Virus record (IMG/VR): IMGVR_UViG_3300002859_000001
Location: 1 to 34,880 of that record
DNA from: a virus
DNA: 34,880 nucleotides
Direction: 5' to 3' (one strand)
This document shows positions 7,293-17,233 of this stretch, in pieces. Position 1 is the stretch's first letter. Each line of letters starts with the position of its first letter. Below the pieces are notes generated by a model, which saw nothing but the letters and a program-made list of their open reading frames with translations, did no database searches and was not told where the DNA came from. The translations under genes and the position numbers were made by a program.

Positions 7293-8361
7293 TCGTCACC
7301 ACCCCCAGGACAGGAATCGAAGCGGCGTCAAGTGAAATATTCGCCGTTCCGCCGTTAATCGTGGTTCCTGTGATGTCAATAACGCCTTCGACGTTCAGGA
7401 TTTTCGTTTCGATCTGGCTGACGCGGACGATCAGGTTTTCACTGTCGGCCCATACTTTCGCCAGGTCGTCAAAATAGTCTTGAATCGCTGTTTGGACTGC
7501 CGTCTGTACGCTTTCCCAGGTAACGCCAGAAGAAAAGGTCAGCGCGAAGGATACGTTTATCGTAACGCCGGTAACGGCCGCCACGGTTACGATATGACCT
7601 ATCGGCGCAATTCCCAGGCCTTCGCCCTGGTGTCCCACCGGATCAACGTCAGCCTGGACGAAGGCCACCAGTTCGGCGGAAGGAACGCTCCATTCGCTGT
7701 CAAGAAGGATAATCTTCACAGTTCCGCCGCCATTCCAGACAGGAATGACTTTCACGGCCCCGACGCCCTGTAACAGTTCGACCTTATTCTTATAGTCTGC
7801 GATATTTCCGCCGAAAGCCTGGCTGTCAAGTGATTCATAATAACGCTGACGAAGTTCGTCGTCTGTTTCTTCGTCTTCGCCAGGGATCAGGACGTCGGCA
7901 ATAGTAGCGGCCGCCAGTCCGTCAACAAAGTCGATCGGAAACAGTGTGCCGAAATATTCATTTCCGACAATTCCGGCCGTTTCTGCCGTCAGCTTAAACT
8001 GGCCAGCCGCGATCCTTTCGGTGGTTCTATAATTGATTTCGCCACCTGAAAAGCGGGTCCCGATTGGCACTTCATAGCCGGCGCCCTGTGCGTTTTCAAA
8101 ATATCCCTTCCGGACTGCGAATGTTGCGGTCTGCCTAAACACGGCCCTTTCCTGGGCTTTCTTCGTTAGGTCGACGCCCGTTTCTGTATCCGGGAAGGCG
8201 CGATCCATAATGGTTCCAAGTTCGATATACAGGACCGCCAGTTCGGCCGCCGCTGGTGCGATTGCGTCATAAATGACGGAACCTTCACGCTTGTCGACTG
8301 AATCAGACACACGCGCCAGACAGCGGTCCATGATGTTTTCAAATGTCATATTTTCATACAT
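7279..8361 (-). CDS. Baseplate J-like protein (XkdT-like)
   Basis: 360 aa. Synteny (gp25-like, J-like, XkdU-like) and a general Baseplate_J look (REGSVIYDAIAPAAAEL...). Confidence 0.7.
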   Translation of the reverse strand: MYENMTFENIMDRCLARVSDSVDKREGSVIYDAIAPAAAELAVLYIELGTIMDRAFPDTETGVDLTKKAQERAVFRQTATFAVRKGYFENAQGAGYEVPIGTRFSGGEINYRTTERIAAGQFKLTAETAGIVGNEYFGTLFPIDFVDGLAAATIADVLIPGEDEETDDELRQRYYESLDSQAFGGNIADYKNKVELLQGVGAVKVIPVWNGGGTVKIILLDSEWSVPSAELVAFVQADVDPVGHQGEGLGIAPIGHIVTVAAVTGVTINVSFALTFSSGVTWESVQTAVQTAIQDYFDDLAKVWADSENLIVRVSQIETKILNVEGVIDITGTTINGGTANISLDAASIPVLGVVTNGAS

Positions 8362-8800
8362 TCGCGCTTACCTCCGTTTCAATACTTACTTCACCGAATA
8401 CTGTCGACGCTGTAAATTCGACCGAAAGCGTTCTTTTGTCAATTTGATTGACGCTGACGTCATAAACGTCTGTGATCCGGCGGTCTTCCAGTAAGGCTTC
8501 GCGAAGAATCCGCTTGAATTCACTTGCTATCACTTGATAACTTTTGCCGACAATGGCGTTCATTTCAATTCCGTAATTCCAGGAATAAATCAGGTATAAA
8601 AAACGCTCCGATTGAAGAATTTTCATGATCGCCTGTTTCATGGCGTCGGTTTCGTCAATAAAACCACCGACACGCCTTGTCGAAAAGTCTATCTTGTACG
8701 TTCTTGATGTCTGGTCCTTTTGTTCAATTACTTCGACGTTCTGGCCAATAGTGACCGACGCCGCATTCGGTATCAATGCCATAAAATCACACCCTTCCAA
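8354..8800 (-). CDS. Baseplate wedge protein, XkdS (DUF2634)/gp25-like (alternative start 8782)
   Basis: Size and synteny. Small protein preceding the baseplate J-like gene. Confidence 0.55.
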   Translation of the reverse strand: MEGCDFMALIPNAASVTIGQNVEVIEQKDQTSRTYKIDFSTRRVGGFIDETDAMKQAIMKILQSERFLYLIYSWNYGIEMNAIVGKSYQVIASEFKRILREALLEDRRITDVYDVSVNQIDKRTLSVEFTASTVFGEVSIETEVSANV

Positions 8801-9185
8801 GAACCAGAAATTCCTGACCGCCCTGATTTCTTAACAGGACCACCTTGTCACCTGTGGATAACCCGAAATAGATTTCCTGGGCGGTTTCAAGGCCTGTCTG
8901 GCTCGTTTCAATCGGCTGTACGCCGTGAATATGGCTGTCAGCGGTTTCTGTGTTGTGTTCTGGGACGGTGTGATCGTGTGGGTTTATCGTGTGTTTGTGC
9001 GTCGCATAACCGCCGGACATGAATTCTTTCATCAGGACGATCTGTTTTTCGCTTATGTCGAATCGGTTATCAACGCGAATCACAAGCGGACTGACAGTTT
9101 TCACAGTCCCGAACATGAAGACCGTCGGCGCTCCCGCCTGGCCGGTTTGTTCTGCGACCTTTTTCATAGTTTCAAGTAAAGCCAT
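8787..9185 (-). CDS. Baseplate spike/plug protein, XkdR (DUF2577)-like
   Basis: 132 aa located between the hub-like and wedge-like genes. His-rich loop HKHTINPHDHTVPEH. Confidence 0.5.
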   Translation of the reverse strand: MALLETMKKVAEQTGQAGAPTVFMFGTVKTVSPLVIRVDNRFDISEKQIVLMKEFMSGGYATHKHTINPHDHTVPEHNTETADSHIHGVQPIETSQTGLETAQEIYFGLSTGDKVVLLRNQGGQEFLVLGRV

Positions 9186-9186
9186 A

Positions 9187-10137
9187 TCACACCACCCTTA
9201 ATTTTAGATTCATAGTTCCCTTAACAAGATCGTGACCGGCTTCTTCGACAATAAAGAACTGTCTGACGCCGATTTCCGCAAGGCCGATAAATAAAGCACG
9301 GCCAGCGCGGACAGAAAGATCGGAAAGGGCGCTGACCTCAAACGACCGCTTCGGGCGGTTGTATAATTCAATCATCATGTCGCCGCGTTCTTTGATCTGG
9401 GCTTCGTTCAGGCTGTCGTCCAGCTTTTCGAAGTTTTGAAGTATACCCCAGAATTTCATTGTGTTTGAATCCTGGAATATATAAACGTCACGCTTTCCGG
9501 TTTCCTTGTTGTCGCGAACCAGCTTGATTTTGTTATAGGTTTCGGTGTCAATGTCTGACGCGTAGGTGTAACCAGTGGCCAGGCTTGAATCACCGACAAA
9601 CAGGTCCAGCTTCGAATCTTCGACACTTGAAATTCGAAGGCTTCCGAAGTCGTCCCATAAATAAAACATTTTTCCGGTGTTTATCAGTGTTTTGTCCAGG
9701 GCTTTCAGAATGATGTCAAAAAGGGTCTGGTTGTCTTCGACCATTGAAGGAATGACATATCCCGTATTGACAAGCGTTCCGGTCTTGATCTGGAAGTCGG
9801 CCGCGATCTGTGCCGCGATCTGATCCGCCCGTTTGCCTTCGAAGACATAAGTGTCTTTGTTCTTCAAGTACCTGGTTTGATCGTAAGCTGTGACTGATAT
9901 TTCACCTTTTTCCGACCTGGACAGCTTGAAAACGTAGCCATAGAAAACACCTGTGTTTCCGTCCTTTATGGCCACGATCCCGCCGTGGTCCCAGGCGACG
10001 CTATTGTCGACAATGACAGTCAGTTCGGCGGAAGCGGGGGAACCGGTCCGCTTTGTGGTCCATTTTGCCGCCGATACAAGAGAAGTCACGTCGAAGGCTT
10101 CGCCTGTCTTCATATTTTGATAAAGTACGCTGATCAT
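9187..10137 (-). CDS. Baseplate hub / late-control-D-like protein (XkdQ-like)
   Basis: 316 aa following the LysM tail protein, as in the PBSX-like order xkdP-xkdQ. Confidence 0.55.
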   Translation of the reverse strand: MISVLYQNMKTGEAFDVTSLVSAAKWTTKRTGSPASAELTVIVDNSVAWDHGGIVAIKDGNTGVFYGYVFKLSRSEKGEISVTAYDQTRYLKNKDTYVFEGKRADQIAAQIAADFQIKTGTLVNTGYVIPSMVEDNQTLFDIILKALDKTLINTGKMFYLWDDFGSLRISSVEDSKLDLFVGDSSLATGYTYASDIDTETYNKIKLVRDNKETGKRDVYIFQDSNTMKFWGILQNFEKLDDSLNEAQIKERGDMMIELYNRPKRSFEVSALSDLSVRAGRALFIGLAEIGVRQFFIVEEAGHDLVKGTMNLKLRVV

Positions 10138-10814
10138 AAAGTAAATACCTGTCCTGGATATATTGTATATTTAGGGTTTCCGGTTCCCTTGTTGCGTCCG
10201 TCAATCGCCGTCTTATTCTTACTATAAATTTCAGGATAGCGACTGCCGTCGTTGTAATATTTCTTTGCAATCGCCCACAGGCAATCACCACGAACGACGG
10301 TGTGTGTCTTCGCCGGTGGTGGTGTGCCTGGGCGATCTGGTTCTTTAGCTTTAGCGACCACAGCGGCCGCCGCCACTTTCGGGGCCGGAAGGACGATTCT
10401 TTTCGGTGAATAATCCTTCCATTCGACCAGTTTGATTTCATAGTAAAGATCACCAACTTCGCCGCCGCGTTCTTCGTAAGTGAAGGAATCCACGCCGAAG
10501 CGAATGTTGATGTCCAGGTCTGTTCCGGTAATCAAAAAGCGAATAGGTAACGCGCTTTCACGCGATCCTTCTATCGCTCTAACAATTTCGATCGGTTCTT
10601 TGACTGATCCTGTGACATAAGGTGCGGAATGTGCCGGAAAAAAAGACTTCCAGGATACTTCCCGAAGTCCTTTCTGTCGAAGAATATTGATTTCGCCAAG
10701 TTCGATCACGGTTGTTTTGTCGTTCTTGCCGGCGGCCTGGACTGAAAGTTTATCAGGAAGGACCGGGATTGATATTTCCCGGCCTTCTATGATCAAGTTC
10801 ATTTTATAGGCCAT
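10134..10814 (-). CDS. LysM-domain tail protein (XkdP-like)
   Basis: C-terminal HTVVRGDCLWAIAKKYYNDGSRYPEIYSKNK...YTIYPGQVFTL is a LysM motif. Directly follows the tape measure gene. Confidence 0.75.
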   Translation of the reverse strand: MAYKMNLIIEGREISIPVLPDKLSVQAAGKNDKTTVIELGEINILRQKGLREVSWKSFFPAHSAPYVTGSVKEPIEIVRAIEGSRESALPIRFLITGTDLDINIRFGVDSFTYEERGGEVGDLYYEIKLVEWKDYSPKRIVLPAPKVAAAAVVAKAKEPDRPGTPPPAKTHTVVRGDCLWAIAKKYYNDGSRYPEIYSKNKTAIDGRNKGTGNPKYTIYPGQVFTL

Positions 10815-12721
10815 TACGCATACACTCCTTCCGCCGCCGCGACGAATTCGTCTTCCAGCTTCGTTTCGATTCTGCTGACCACTTCGTCAACGTCAACCTT
10901 TTCACTGATCTTCGCGTCAACGGCTACCGTCGGGGTCAGTGTTACAAAGTTCTGAACATAACGCATTTCGGCCACGTCGCGGAAGAATTTCAGGTCTTCG
11001 TCTGCAATATTGACGTCGTCCTTGATTTTCCCGACTTCGCCGACGCTTCCCACATTCGGAATGTCCGAACCGCCGGAAAACTTACTCATAATGTCTTCGT
11101 TTTCTGCGGCCTTCTTGTTTGCGGCGTCTGCTTTTGCCGTTGCGATCTCTGCCTGGCGCTGTGCTGTGGCCACGTCTGCGGCCGTCTTCATCTGATTCAG
11201 CTTCGCGTCGCGGTCTGCGATCTGGTTTTCAATCTGGGACCGATAGGCTTCAAGGCCCTGGTTCCTGGTCTGCTTTGCCGCTTCATTTTCAAGCTGTGCC
11301 GTTGTGCCGAATGTAACGTCCTGAATCAAATCAATACTGACGCCAGGGATTTTATTCAGCATGGAAATAAATCCGTTTATAATACTGATCGCCCCGTTGA
11401 CCATGTTTTGAAGAATGGTCAGGACGTTCGCCTTCATGTCGCCCATGAAATTAGCTATATTGACGCCGGCCGTCATAAAGGCAAGTTGTAACTTGTTCCA
11501 CATATCCATGACCCAGTAAACGCCAGTCATGAATCCGATCCGAACCCAGTCCCAGGCCGTCAGGATCGCGTTCATGGTGATCAGCCAGGCGACTTTGATT
11601 CCACCGACTGATTGAATCCAGTTATAGATCAGGCCGATAACGACGCCGATCGCTAATGCAATCCAGAACAACGGATTCGTCAATAGGGTCCTAAAGAAGC
11701 CTTCGGCCGCCAGGTCTGCGACTTTAGTATATAGGGCATGGATACCCAGCGCGGCCGTATAAACCGCCAGAGCGGCCGCCAGGCCATAGAATACAGGTGC
11801 TATCGTGGACCAGTTGTCATATATCCACTGGGCGCCGCTTCCGATCATCTGGATCACCGGCTGGAAGGTTTGAAGCAATGTATTTGCCACGATCGTTCCC
11901 ATTTGTGAAAAGGTCATGGGTATCTGTGCGAACTTCTTGTTCGTTTCGTCAGCAGACGCGAACATGGCATTCTTGATCACGTCGGCCGTGATAAGGCCCT
12001 GGGAAGACATTTCCCGCAATTCGCCGGTTGTCTTTCCCATGTATTTAGCTATTGACTGGGCCAGAAGCGGGGCGTTTTCCAATATTGAACGGAATTCGTC
12101 GCCTTGTAGCCTTCCGGCCGCCATAGCCTGGGTTAACTGGTACATTGCCGCCGTCTGTTCTTGAACGCTGGCGCCACCGATTACGAAGTTTTTATTCATA
12201 AGTTCGGTAAACGCGATCATTTCGTCGTTGCTTGTGAAGGCTTGACCGGCCAGAATTCCAAGTTTCGCGACGACGTTCGCCGTGTCGGAATAAGAAGCCC
12301 TTGACCGATTCGCCGAAGCGACGATCTTGTCTTGTAATTGCTGTGTAGTTTGAAGTCCATCATTGATCAGATCAAGCCGCGCGGTCGTTTGCGTCATGCT
12401 GTCGGCCAGGTTTATGATCTGCTTAACACCGAAGGCGGCGACGGCTGTCTTTATGAGAGTACCGACGCCGCCCCAGGCGCTTTTGATTTTGTTTGCTCCG
12501 TTTCCGGCGTCATTTTGTCGCCTGTTGAACTGTTCGACTTGCTGTGTCGCATTTCCGATCGCGGTTGTGCTTCGGTTGAAAGTAGCGCCAGGGTCAACTT
12601 GATCAGTCAAGCGATCCGTGGTTTCAAGTGCGCGATTGGTACGCGAAACGGCGTTCGTGATTCTGTTCAATGCGCTGGTCATTCTGTCCTGTATTGCTAA
12701 ACTGGTAGATACACCGGCCAC
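10814..12721 (-). CDS. Tape measure protein
   Basis: 635 aa with Ala/Gln-rich helical ends and a central hydrophobic block. Lies between the chaperone pair and the baseplate genes. GTG start with GGAAGG RBS. Confidence 0.85.
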   Translation of the reverse strand: MAGVSTSLAIQDRMTSALNRITNAVSRTNRALETTDRLTDQVDPGATFNRSTTAIGNATQQVEQFNRRQNDAGNGANKIKSAWGGVGTLIKTAVAAFGVKQIINLADSMTQTTARLDLINDGLQTTQQLQDKIVASANRSRASYSDTANVVAKLGILAGQAFTSNDEMIAFTELMNKNFVIGGASVQEQTAAMYQLTQAMAAGRLQGDEFRSILENAPLLAQSIAKYMGKTTGELREMSSQGLITADVIKNAMFASADETNKKFAQIPMTFSQMGTIVANTLLQTFQPVIQMIGSGAQWIYDNWSTIAPVFYGLAAALAVYTAALGIHALYTKVADLAAEGFFRTLLTNPLFWIALAIGVVIGLIYNWIQSVGGIKVAWLITMNAILTAWDWVRIGFMTGVYWVMDMWNKLQLAFMTAGVNIANFMGDMKANVLTILQNMVNGAISIINGFISMLNKIPGVSIDLIQDVTFGTTAQLENEAAKQTRNQGLEAYRSQIENQIADRDAKLNQMKTAADVATAQRQAEIATAKADAANKKAAENEDIMSKFSGGSDIPNVGSVGEVGKIKDDVNIADEDLKFFRDVAEMRYVQNFVTLTPTVAVDAKISEKVDVDEVVSRIETKLEDEFVAAAEGVYA

Positions 12722-12727
12722 TATGGA

Positions 12728-13341
12728 TCACCTTCCTTTCTTACCGTTGCGCTTTGCTCTGGCGGCTTCCTTCTTTTCCTTCTCGACTTGAAGGTCAATG
12801 GACGCATAAATAAAGGCGCGTTCACGAATCGGAAGCCCCATGAGCGCGCCAGGTAAAATTTTCAAACGGTGGAGGGCGTAATGAGCGTAAACTGATTCAC
12901 CGTCCGCTTCCGCGTCATTGCCGCCCCCCGTTATTAGTTTTTTGCTTCTTCCCTCAATTCGTTAACGTCAGTCGAAAAGCCGTTGACGTCCTGGATAGCC
13001 AGAAGAAGATCGGTGAACTGTCCAGGATTCAGAATCTTGTCGATAAGGTCTTCCGCTCCCATGACGCCATATTTCGATTGAAGTTCGGCGTCTTTGAAGT
13101 TCGGGTCCATACAGCAAGCGATCACCAGGCGGTTGTTATAAAGGTCTGTGTCGGTTTCGGTGTTCCTCTGGTGCGTTTTCTTGTCGAACGTCACCTTCTG
13201 ACACGATTTCCTGATTGCCTTGTTTTCGCCCTCTGTGATCGACCTGATAACGAAGGGGTGTGGGAACGGTTTAATTTCCACCGTGGTTTCCACCGTGGTT
13301 TCAACTTCCTGTTCCAGTAAAAAATCTGTAAGTTTGCCCAT
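12728..13341 (-). CDS. Tail assembly chaperone, -1 frameshift-extended product
   Basis: Slippery A_AAA_AAC lies immediately before the zero-frame TAA. The -1 frame stays open for about 69 further codons (..LITGGGNDAEADGESVYAHYALHRL...KRNGKKGR) and stops at 12728-12730, 6 nt before the tape-measure GTG. Confidence 0.65.
12934..13341 (-). CDS. Tail assembly chaperone (XkdN-like), zero-frame product
   Basis: 135 aa between the tube and tape measure genes. Acidic. Confidence 0.7.
   Translation of the reverse strand: MGKLTDFLLEQEVETTVETTVEIKPFPHPFVIRSITEGENKAIRKSCQKVTFDKKTHQRNTETDTDLYNNRLVIACCMDPNFKDAELQSKYGVMGAEDLIDKILNPGQFTDLLLAIQDVNGFSTDVNELREEAKN
12937..12943 (-). promoter_or_regulatory. Programmed -1 ribosomal frameshift heptamer A_AAA_AAC
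   Basis: Plus strand gtttttt; on the minus strand gcA AAA AAC TAA. Confidence 0.65.
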
Positions 13342-13357
13342 TGGTTAATCCTCCTTT

Positions 13358-13816
13358 TTAGAATTTATTGAAAGGCGTCAAAATGTCGAAGTCCTCGAAG
13401 GTGAAGTCTGCGTCTTCTTCAAGGGGATCGTCCGAATCGCCGTCCAGCTTCGCAAGAACAGTTGAATCAATGTTACAGCCCATAAGTAGGGTTGACTGTT
13501 TGCCAGCGGAAGATTGCGGGTCTTCGTTTTCAATCACCATGTCGAAGTACAGGTCGACGCCTGTCTTCTTGTAGTCCGCGATCATAGAACGGAACAGCGG
13601 GGTCAAATAGTAAAGGGTCATTGACCCAGTACCATTCAGGCCGGTCACTTTATGGCCGGTCATGCGCTTACCGATCGACTTGACTTCGGACTTGCTTTTA
13701 TCGACGTTCGCTTCGATCGACTTTGCGAAAAACAATTCTTCATTGTTTCCGTTGATCTTCGCGTATGCTCTGCCTTCCTTGCCGGAAATAGTATCCGGTG
13801 CGTTCAAGGTTTTCAT
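13358..13816 (-). CDS. Tail tube protein (XkdM-like)
   Basis: 152 aa immediately after the sheath gene, the size typical of contractile-tail tubes. Confidence 0.75.
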   Translation of the reverse strand: MKTLNAPDTISGKEGRAYAKINGNNEELFFAKSIEANVDKSKSEVKSIGKRMTGHKVTGLNGTGSMTLYYLTPLFRSMIADYKKTGVDLYFDMVIENEDPQSSAGKQSTLLMGCNIDSTVLAKLDGDSDDPLEEDADFTFEDFDILTPFNKF

Positions 13817-13834
13817 TTCGGTTCACTCCTTCCA

Positions 13835-15172
13835 TTAGTTGACCGTAACGGTCATATATAGCTTTTCCATGCTGTCGTTCGGTTGTAACGCGCAAGCCAC
13901 AGCGACGTCACGCTTTCCGACGCCCTGTTGAATGGTAATATCAGCGCTTTCGAAATTACTGATCGCGTCGATTGCCTGGTACTGCGTAGCAAGGGAAACA
14001 AGGTCAGCCTTAAAAAGCTGGCGGCCTGTGTCGCTGTTTGTGACAAGTCCGATATAACTTTCGCCGAAGATTCTTGCGACGTCGTTCGCCCAGCCGTCCA
14101 TGACGCGGACAACACGGTTCGAAGTCCAGTCTTCGGATACGCCTTCGCCGAAAGTTACAAGGCTGTTGATGTCCGTCAAGACACGGGCCTTTCCATTATC
14201 GGCATAGAAGACGAATTCGCCAGCCTGGATCGCCGCTTCGAACTGGCTTTTTGTGTACTTGATATTGACGTCAACAGCTCCGTCATACGCGGTATTGGTC
14301 AGGGATTGGTTGACTTCTGCGCCAGCGGAAGCCCCGGCGACCCACGCGACAGCCTTGTCGCCTGTGATTGTGGTTCCGTCAGAAAGAAGGACGCCGTTCT
14401 TGACGTTGATCAAGCCCATGTCGTCGCTGTCGTACTGGTAGAGGACGCCGACGATTTTCTTTCCTTCGTCATAGCGCAAGCGCTTAACGAACGCCACGAA
14501 AAGGGCCTTGATCGTTTCGTCTGTGCCAGGATATCCGATCACGTTGAAGGTTTCGACCTCAATCGCGTTCAGGAAGGCCGCATAAGCCGCGCCGTTCGCT
14601 GTGCCGTTCGTTCCGCCGGTCAATGCTGTTGCAGTTGCCGCCGTAAGCGTTTCAGCCGATCCGAAGGTCACGAACTTATTGTCGACCAGATTTGCCGATC
14701 CGGTGCTTGCAACGACGGTCTGGGAATCGACTTCCATTCCGTCAAGATAGGTCACGACGTCAACTTTCAGGGCGTCGTCTGCGTTTGTAAGGATAGCGAC
14801 ACGAATGTCGTTTCCTCTGGTTCCGCCATATTTAGCCGTTACCGCCATTCCTCCGATCGTCTTCGTCGCCTTATCGCCACCGGAATTCACACGGTAGACA
14901 AGAAGGTTCTTCGCGCGTTTCAGCGCTTCCCTGACCAGAAGAAGGGGGGCGGACGTAGGATCATAGCCGAAGACGTCGATCGCCGTTTTGTTGAAGTCCT
15001 CCGCCGTCACTGAAAAGACCTCGTTTTCAGGTCCCCAGTTCAGTTCAAGGGGAAGGGCTACAATGCCACGCGATCCAAGTCTGGCCGTGCTTCCCAGGCT
15101 TACGAAATTGATATAAGCGCCGGGAAGGATTTTATTTTGTACTGTAAAAGTACCACCACCGATAGGGGCCAT
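13835..15172 (-). CDS. Tail sheath protein (XkdK-like)
   Basis: 445 aa. N-terminal GGGTFTVQNKILPGAYINF is typical of sheath proteins. Followed by tube and chaperone genes. Confidence 0.8.
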   Translation of the reverse strand: MAPIGGGTFTVQNKILPGAYINFVSLGSTARLGSRGIVALPLELNWGPENEVFSVTAEDFNKTAIDVFGYDPTSAPLLLVREALKRAKNLLVYRVNSGGDKATKTIGGMAVTAKYGGTRGNDIRVAILTNADDALKVDVVTYLDGMEVDSQTVVASTGSANLVDNKFVTFGSAETLTAATATALTGGTNGTANGAAYAAFLNAIEVETFNVIGYPGTDETIKALFVAFVKRLRYDEGKKIVGVLYQYDSDDMGLINVKNGVLLSDGTTITGDKAVAWVAGASAGAEVNQSLTNTAYDGAVDVNIKYTKSQFEAAIQAGEFVFYADNGKARVLTDINSLVTFGEGVSEDWTSNRVVRVMDGWANDVARIFGESYIGLVTNSDTGRQLFKADLVSLATQYQAIDAISNFESADITIQQGVGKRDVAVACALQPNDSMEKLYMTVTVN

Positions 15173-15178
15173 TTAGAA

Positions 15179-15379
15179 TCACACCTTTCTTTCAAGAAAT
15201 TCAGAAACAAGCCTTTCGACCTGTTCTTTCGTGTACGTTTTGCCGGCTTCCAGGATAGCGTTCAGGGTGTCCTTGTGCTGGCTGAAAGCCTTACTTTTGA
15301 CCAGTTGTTCCTTCGTGAATTTAGGTTCAGCCGCTTTCGGCTGGTCTACCGTGGCGGCTGTTTTCTTTTTGGTTGCCAT
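15179..15379 (-). CDS. Small hypothetical structural-module protein
   Basis: 66 aa, Lys-rich, with start and stop tightly packed against the neighbouring genes. Confidence 0.4.
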   Translation of the reverse strand: MATKKKTAATVDQPKAAEPKFTKEQLVKSKAFSQHKDTLNAILEAGKTYTKEQVERLVSEFLERKV

Positions 15380-15819
15380 TATTTCAATTCCTCCTTCTGT
15401 TCAAGGCTTTCCATAGGATCGTACGCTTCCGGTGCTATGACGATATGGAAGTCAGCGTCGAAAACGAATTGAAAGACCCCGGCTTCGTCTTTCCTGGCTT
15501 CGTGGCCCGATAGGATAACCCTTCGGGTCTGTTCGCCGCTCTCGACGACGTCCAGGGCTTCAAAATTGTCGAACATGGATTCAGCCCAGGCGTTAAAGAC
15601 CATGTTGTCATTAGTCTTCAAGAAATAGAGGACTTCGAACTGATATGACCTTGTTCTTCGGCGGCCCAGTTTCTTATCCTGGCCTGTTTCTATGGTTCCG
15701 ACGAAGAAGTTCCCGTCTGCGTCCTTTGGAATCTTATCGACGAAGACCTTCCTGTCTGGCCACAGTTCGGCCAGTTTTGAAGCAATGGCTTCTATGAAGT
15801 TATTCACTGTCATTCGCAT
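15379..15819 (-). CDS. Tail terminator / tail completion protein candidate
   Basis: 146 aa between the HK97 gp10-like gene and the sheath. Call rests on synteny only. Confidence 0.45.
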   Translation of the reverse strand: MRMTVNNFIEAIASKLAELWPDRKVFVDKIPKDADGNFFVGTIETGQDKKLGRRRTRSYQFEVLYFLKTNDNMVFNAWAESMFDNFEALDVVESGEQTRRVILSGHEARKDEAGVFQFVFDADFHIVIAPEAYDPMESLEQKEELK

Positions 15820-15825
15820 TCCTCC

Positions 15826-16368
15826 TTAACCGGACCCGCCAGGCGTCAGCCTTTCTTTTATGATCCGGTTGATTTTTCGGTTCAGTCGTGCGTCCTGGGT
15901 GTCCTTCGTTCGCTTTATTGCTCTGCGAAGCGTGAAGTGACCACGGACATAGCCTTTATATGGCCCGACGTACATTCCGCCTTCCGGATCGTTTCGTTGA
16001 TAGACGAAGGTTCGGCCGTCCCAGTGACCGGGTACAAAGTGACTTCTGAACCCATATTCAAGGGGCTTCGCATAGTCCAGGTTATTATAGACGTCGATTC
16101 TGTACGCCTTGCCTGTCCTCTGCGGCTTGCTTCCGTCGTGATCGTTGTTGTTGCTGTGCGTCAGCGCCTTGTTCCCGGCGTGGAAGTTGTTTCTATAATC
16201 GCCATTGTTGACAATGTCAGGGCGGTCGTTCTTACAGATCAGCTTCGCCTGTTTCACGGCATAGACGCCTTCGCCGACGATCAGTTCTTCCATGATGTCA
16301 GGAATGTCGTTTTTCAACGCTTCAAGCTGGCGCTGGAATTCGATCATCCCGCTGTTGTCAACACTCAC
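15826..16368 (-). CDS. HK97 gp10-family head-tail joining protein candidate
   Basis: 180 aa. Position and the IPDIMEELIVGEGVYAVKQAK...LEYG pattern. Confidence 0.5.
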   Translation of the reverse strand: MSVDNSGMIEFQRQLEALKNDIPDIMEELIVGEGVYAVKQAKLICKNDRPDIVNNGDYRNNFHAGNKALTHSNNNDHDGSKPQRTGKAYRIDVYNNLDYAKPLEYGFRSHFVPGHWDGRTFVYQRNDPEGGMYVGPYKGYVRGHFTLRRAIKRTKDTQDARLNRKINRIIKERLTPGGSG

Positions 16369-16754
16369 GACAGATCACCGTCCTTCACCTTGATTTCCTG
16401 GTGTGTCGCATACACAGAAGGCCGTCCCACGACTTCAAATTCGTAGACGATAGGACTTTCCGGGTTGTTCCGGCCGAACCTTTTTAGTGATATGCGATCG
16501 CCTGGGCGGATCAATAGATCAGGGCCGGCGAATATTACTGCGTCATAGTCAATTCTGTTTTGCGCTTCCGTTTGCTGGCTTTTGTCGGAACCTGATTGTG
16601 AAAGCGCGCAAATGATAGCAGAATAAACCACAGAAGGAACGGACTTCGTAATGTTGTTCGCTCCTGTCTGTGGCACTGTTCTTGATACCTCGGCGGTGTC
16701 TTCATAGGTTCGTTCTATGGCCGCCCGTTCAGCGGAAGTGTTTCCGAATCCCAT
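16365..16754 (-). CDS. Head closure / head-tail adaptor candidate
   Basis: 129 aa. Call rests on synteny after the connector gene. Confidence 0.45.
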   Translation of the reverse strand: MGFGNTSAERAAIERTYEDTAEVSRTVPQTGANNITKSVPSVVYSAIICALSQSGSDKSQQTEAQNRIDYDAVIFAGPDLLIRPGDRISLKRFGRNNPESPIVYEFEVVGRPSVYATHQEIKVKDGDLS

Positions 16755-16760
16755 GTCTGA

Positions 16761-17216
16761 TCACCACCTTAATTTTCGATATTCATTCAGGACTGTCTTC
16801 CAGCCGAATAGTTCGCCGCTATCTTCGCCCAAGTTAAAGGTCTGGGCCGATCCGGAAGCGCCGGAAGCATTGGCGAATGACGTCGAAACGTCACCACGCT
16901 TCACGGACGCCACCGGACCGACGGCGGCCTGTGTATTGCCAAGACCGGCGGCTTTGTAATAGCTGACGGCCATGACTACCAGGACCCTTTCAAGCGGCGC
17001 TGGAAGTGCTTCCTGGTTGATGTACGAAAGAACCTGGTCTTCGATCGTCTGAATGACGAACAGAAGGATTTCGTCCTGGTCTGTCGTGGTGATACCAAGA
17101 AGCAATTTGACCTTCGCCAGCCTGTCGTTCGAAGACATGAGGATTCGAAGGGCTTCGTTTTGGTCTATCCCCATGCCTTCCAGGGCTTGAAGTAACTGGT
17201 CTAACATGCCGTTCAC
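16761..17216 (-). CDS. Head-tail connector (gp6-like DNA packaging protein)
   Basis: 151 aa directly after the capsid gene. LLLGITTTDQDEILLFVIQTIEDQVLSYIN resembles the gp6-like connector family. Confidence 0.55.
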   Translation of the reverse strand: MNGMLDQLLQALEGMGIDQNEALRILMSSNDRLAKVKLLLGITTTDQDEILLFVIQTIEDQVLSYINQEALPAPLERVLVVMAVSYYKAAGLGNTQAAVGPVASVKRGDVSTSFANASGASGSAQTFNLGEDSGELFGWKTVLNEYRKLRW

Positions 17217-17233
17217 CGCCTTTCAATAGCCGA

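Noticed and set aside
13275-13298. A perfect 12-bp tandem duplication tttccaccgtgg x2 inside the chaperone gene.
   Set aside because: It is in-frame (ETTVETTV) and most simply a slippage duplication in a linker. Nothing suggests a regulatory role.
13928-15013. Long plus-strand ORFs antisense to structural genes (13928-15013, 17312-18376, 4577-5221, 31389-32132 and others).
   Set aside because: Each lies fully inside a well-supported minus-strand gene. They have Arg/Ser/Cys-rich low-complexity translations and no RBS, as is typical of shadow ORFs.
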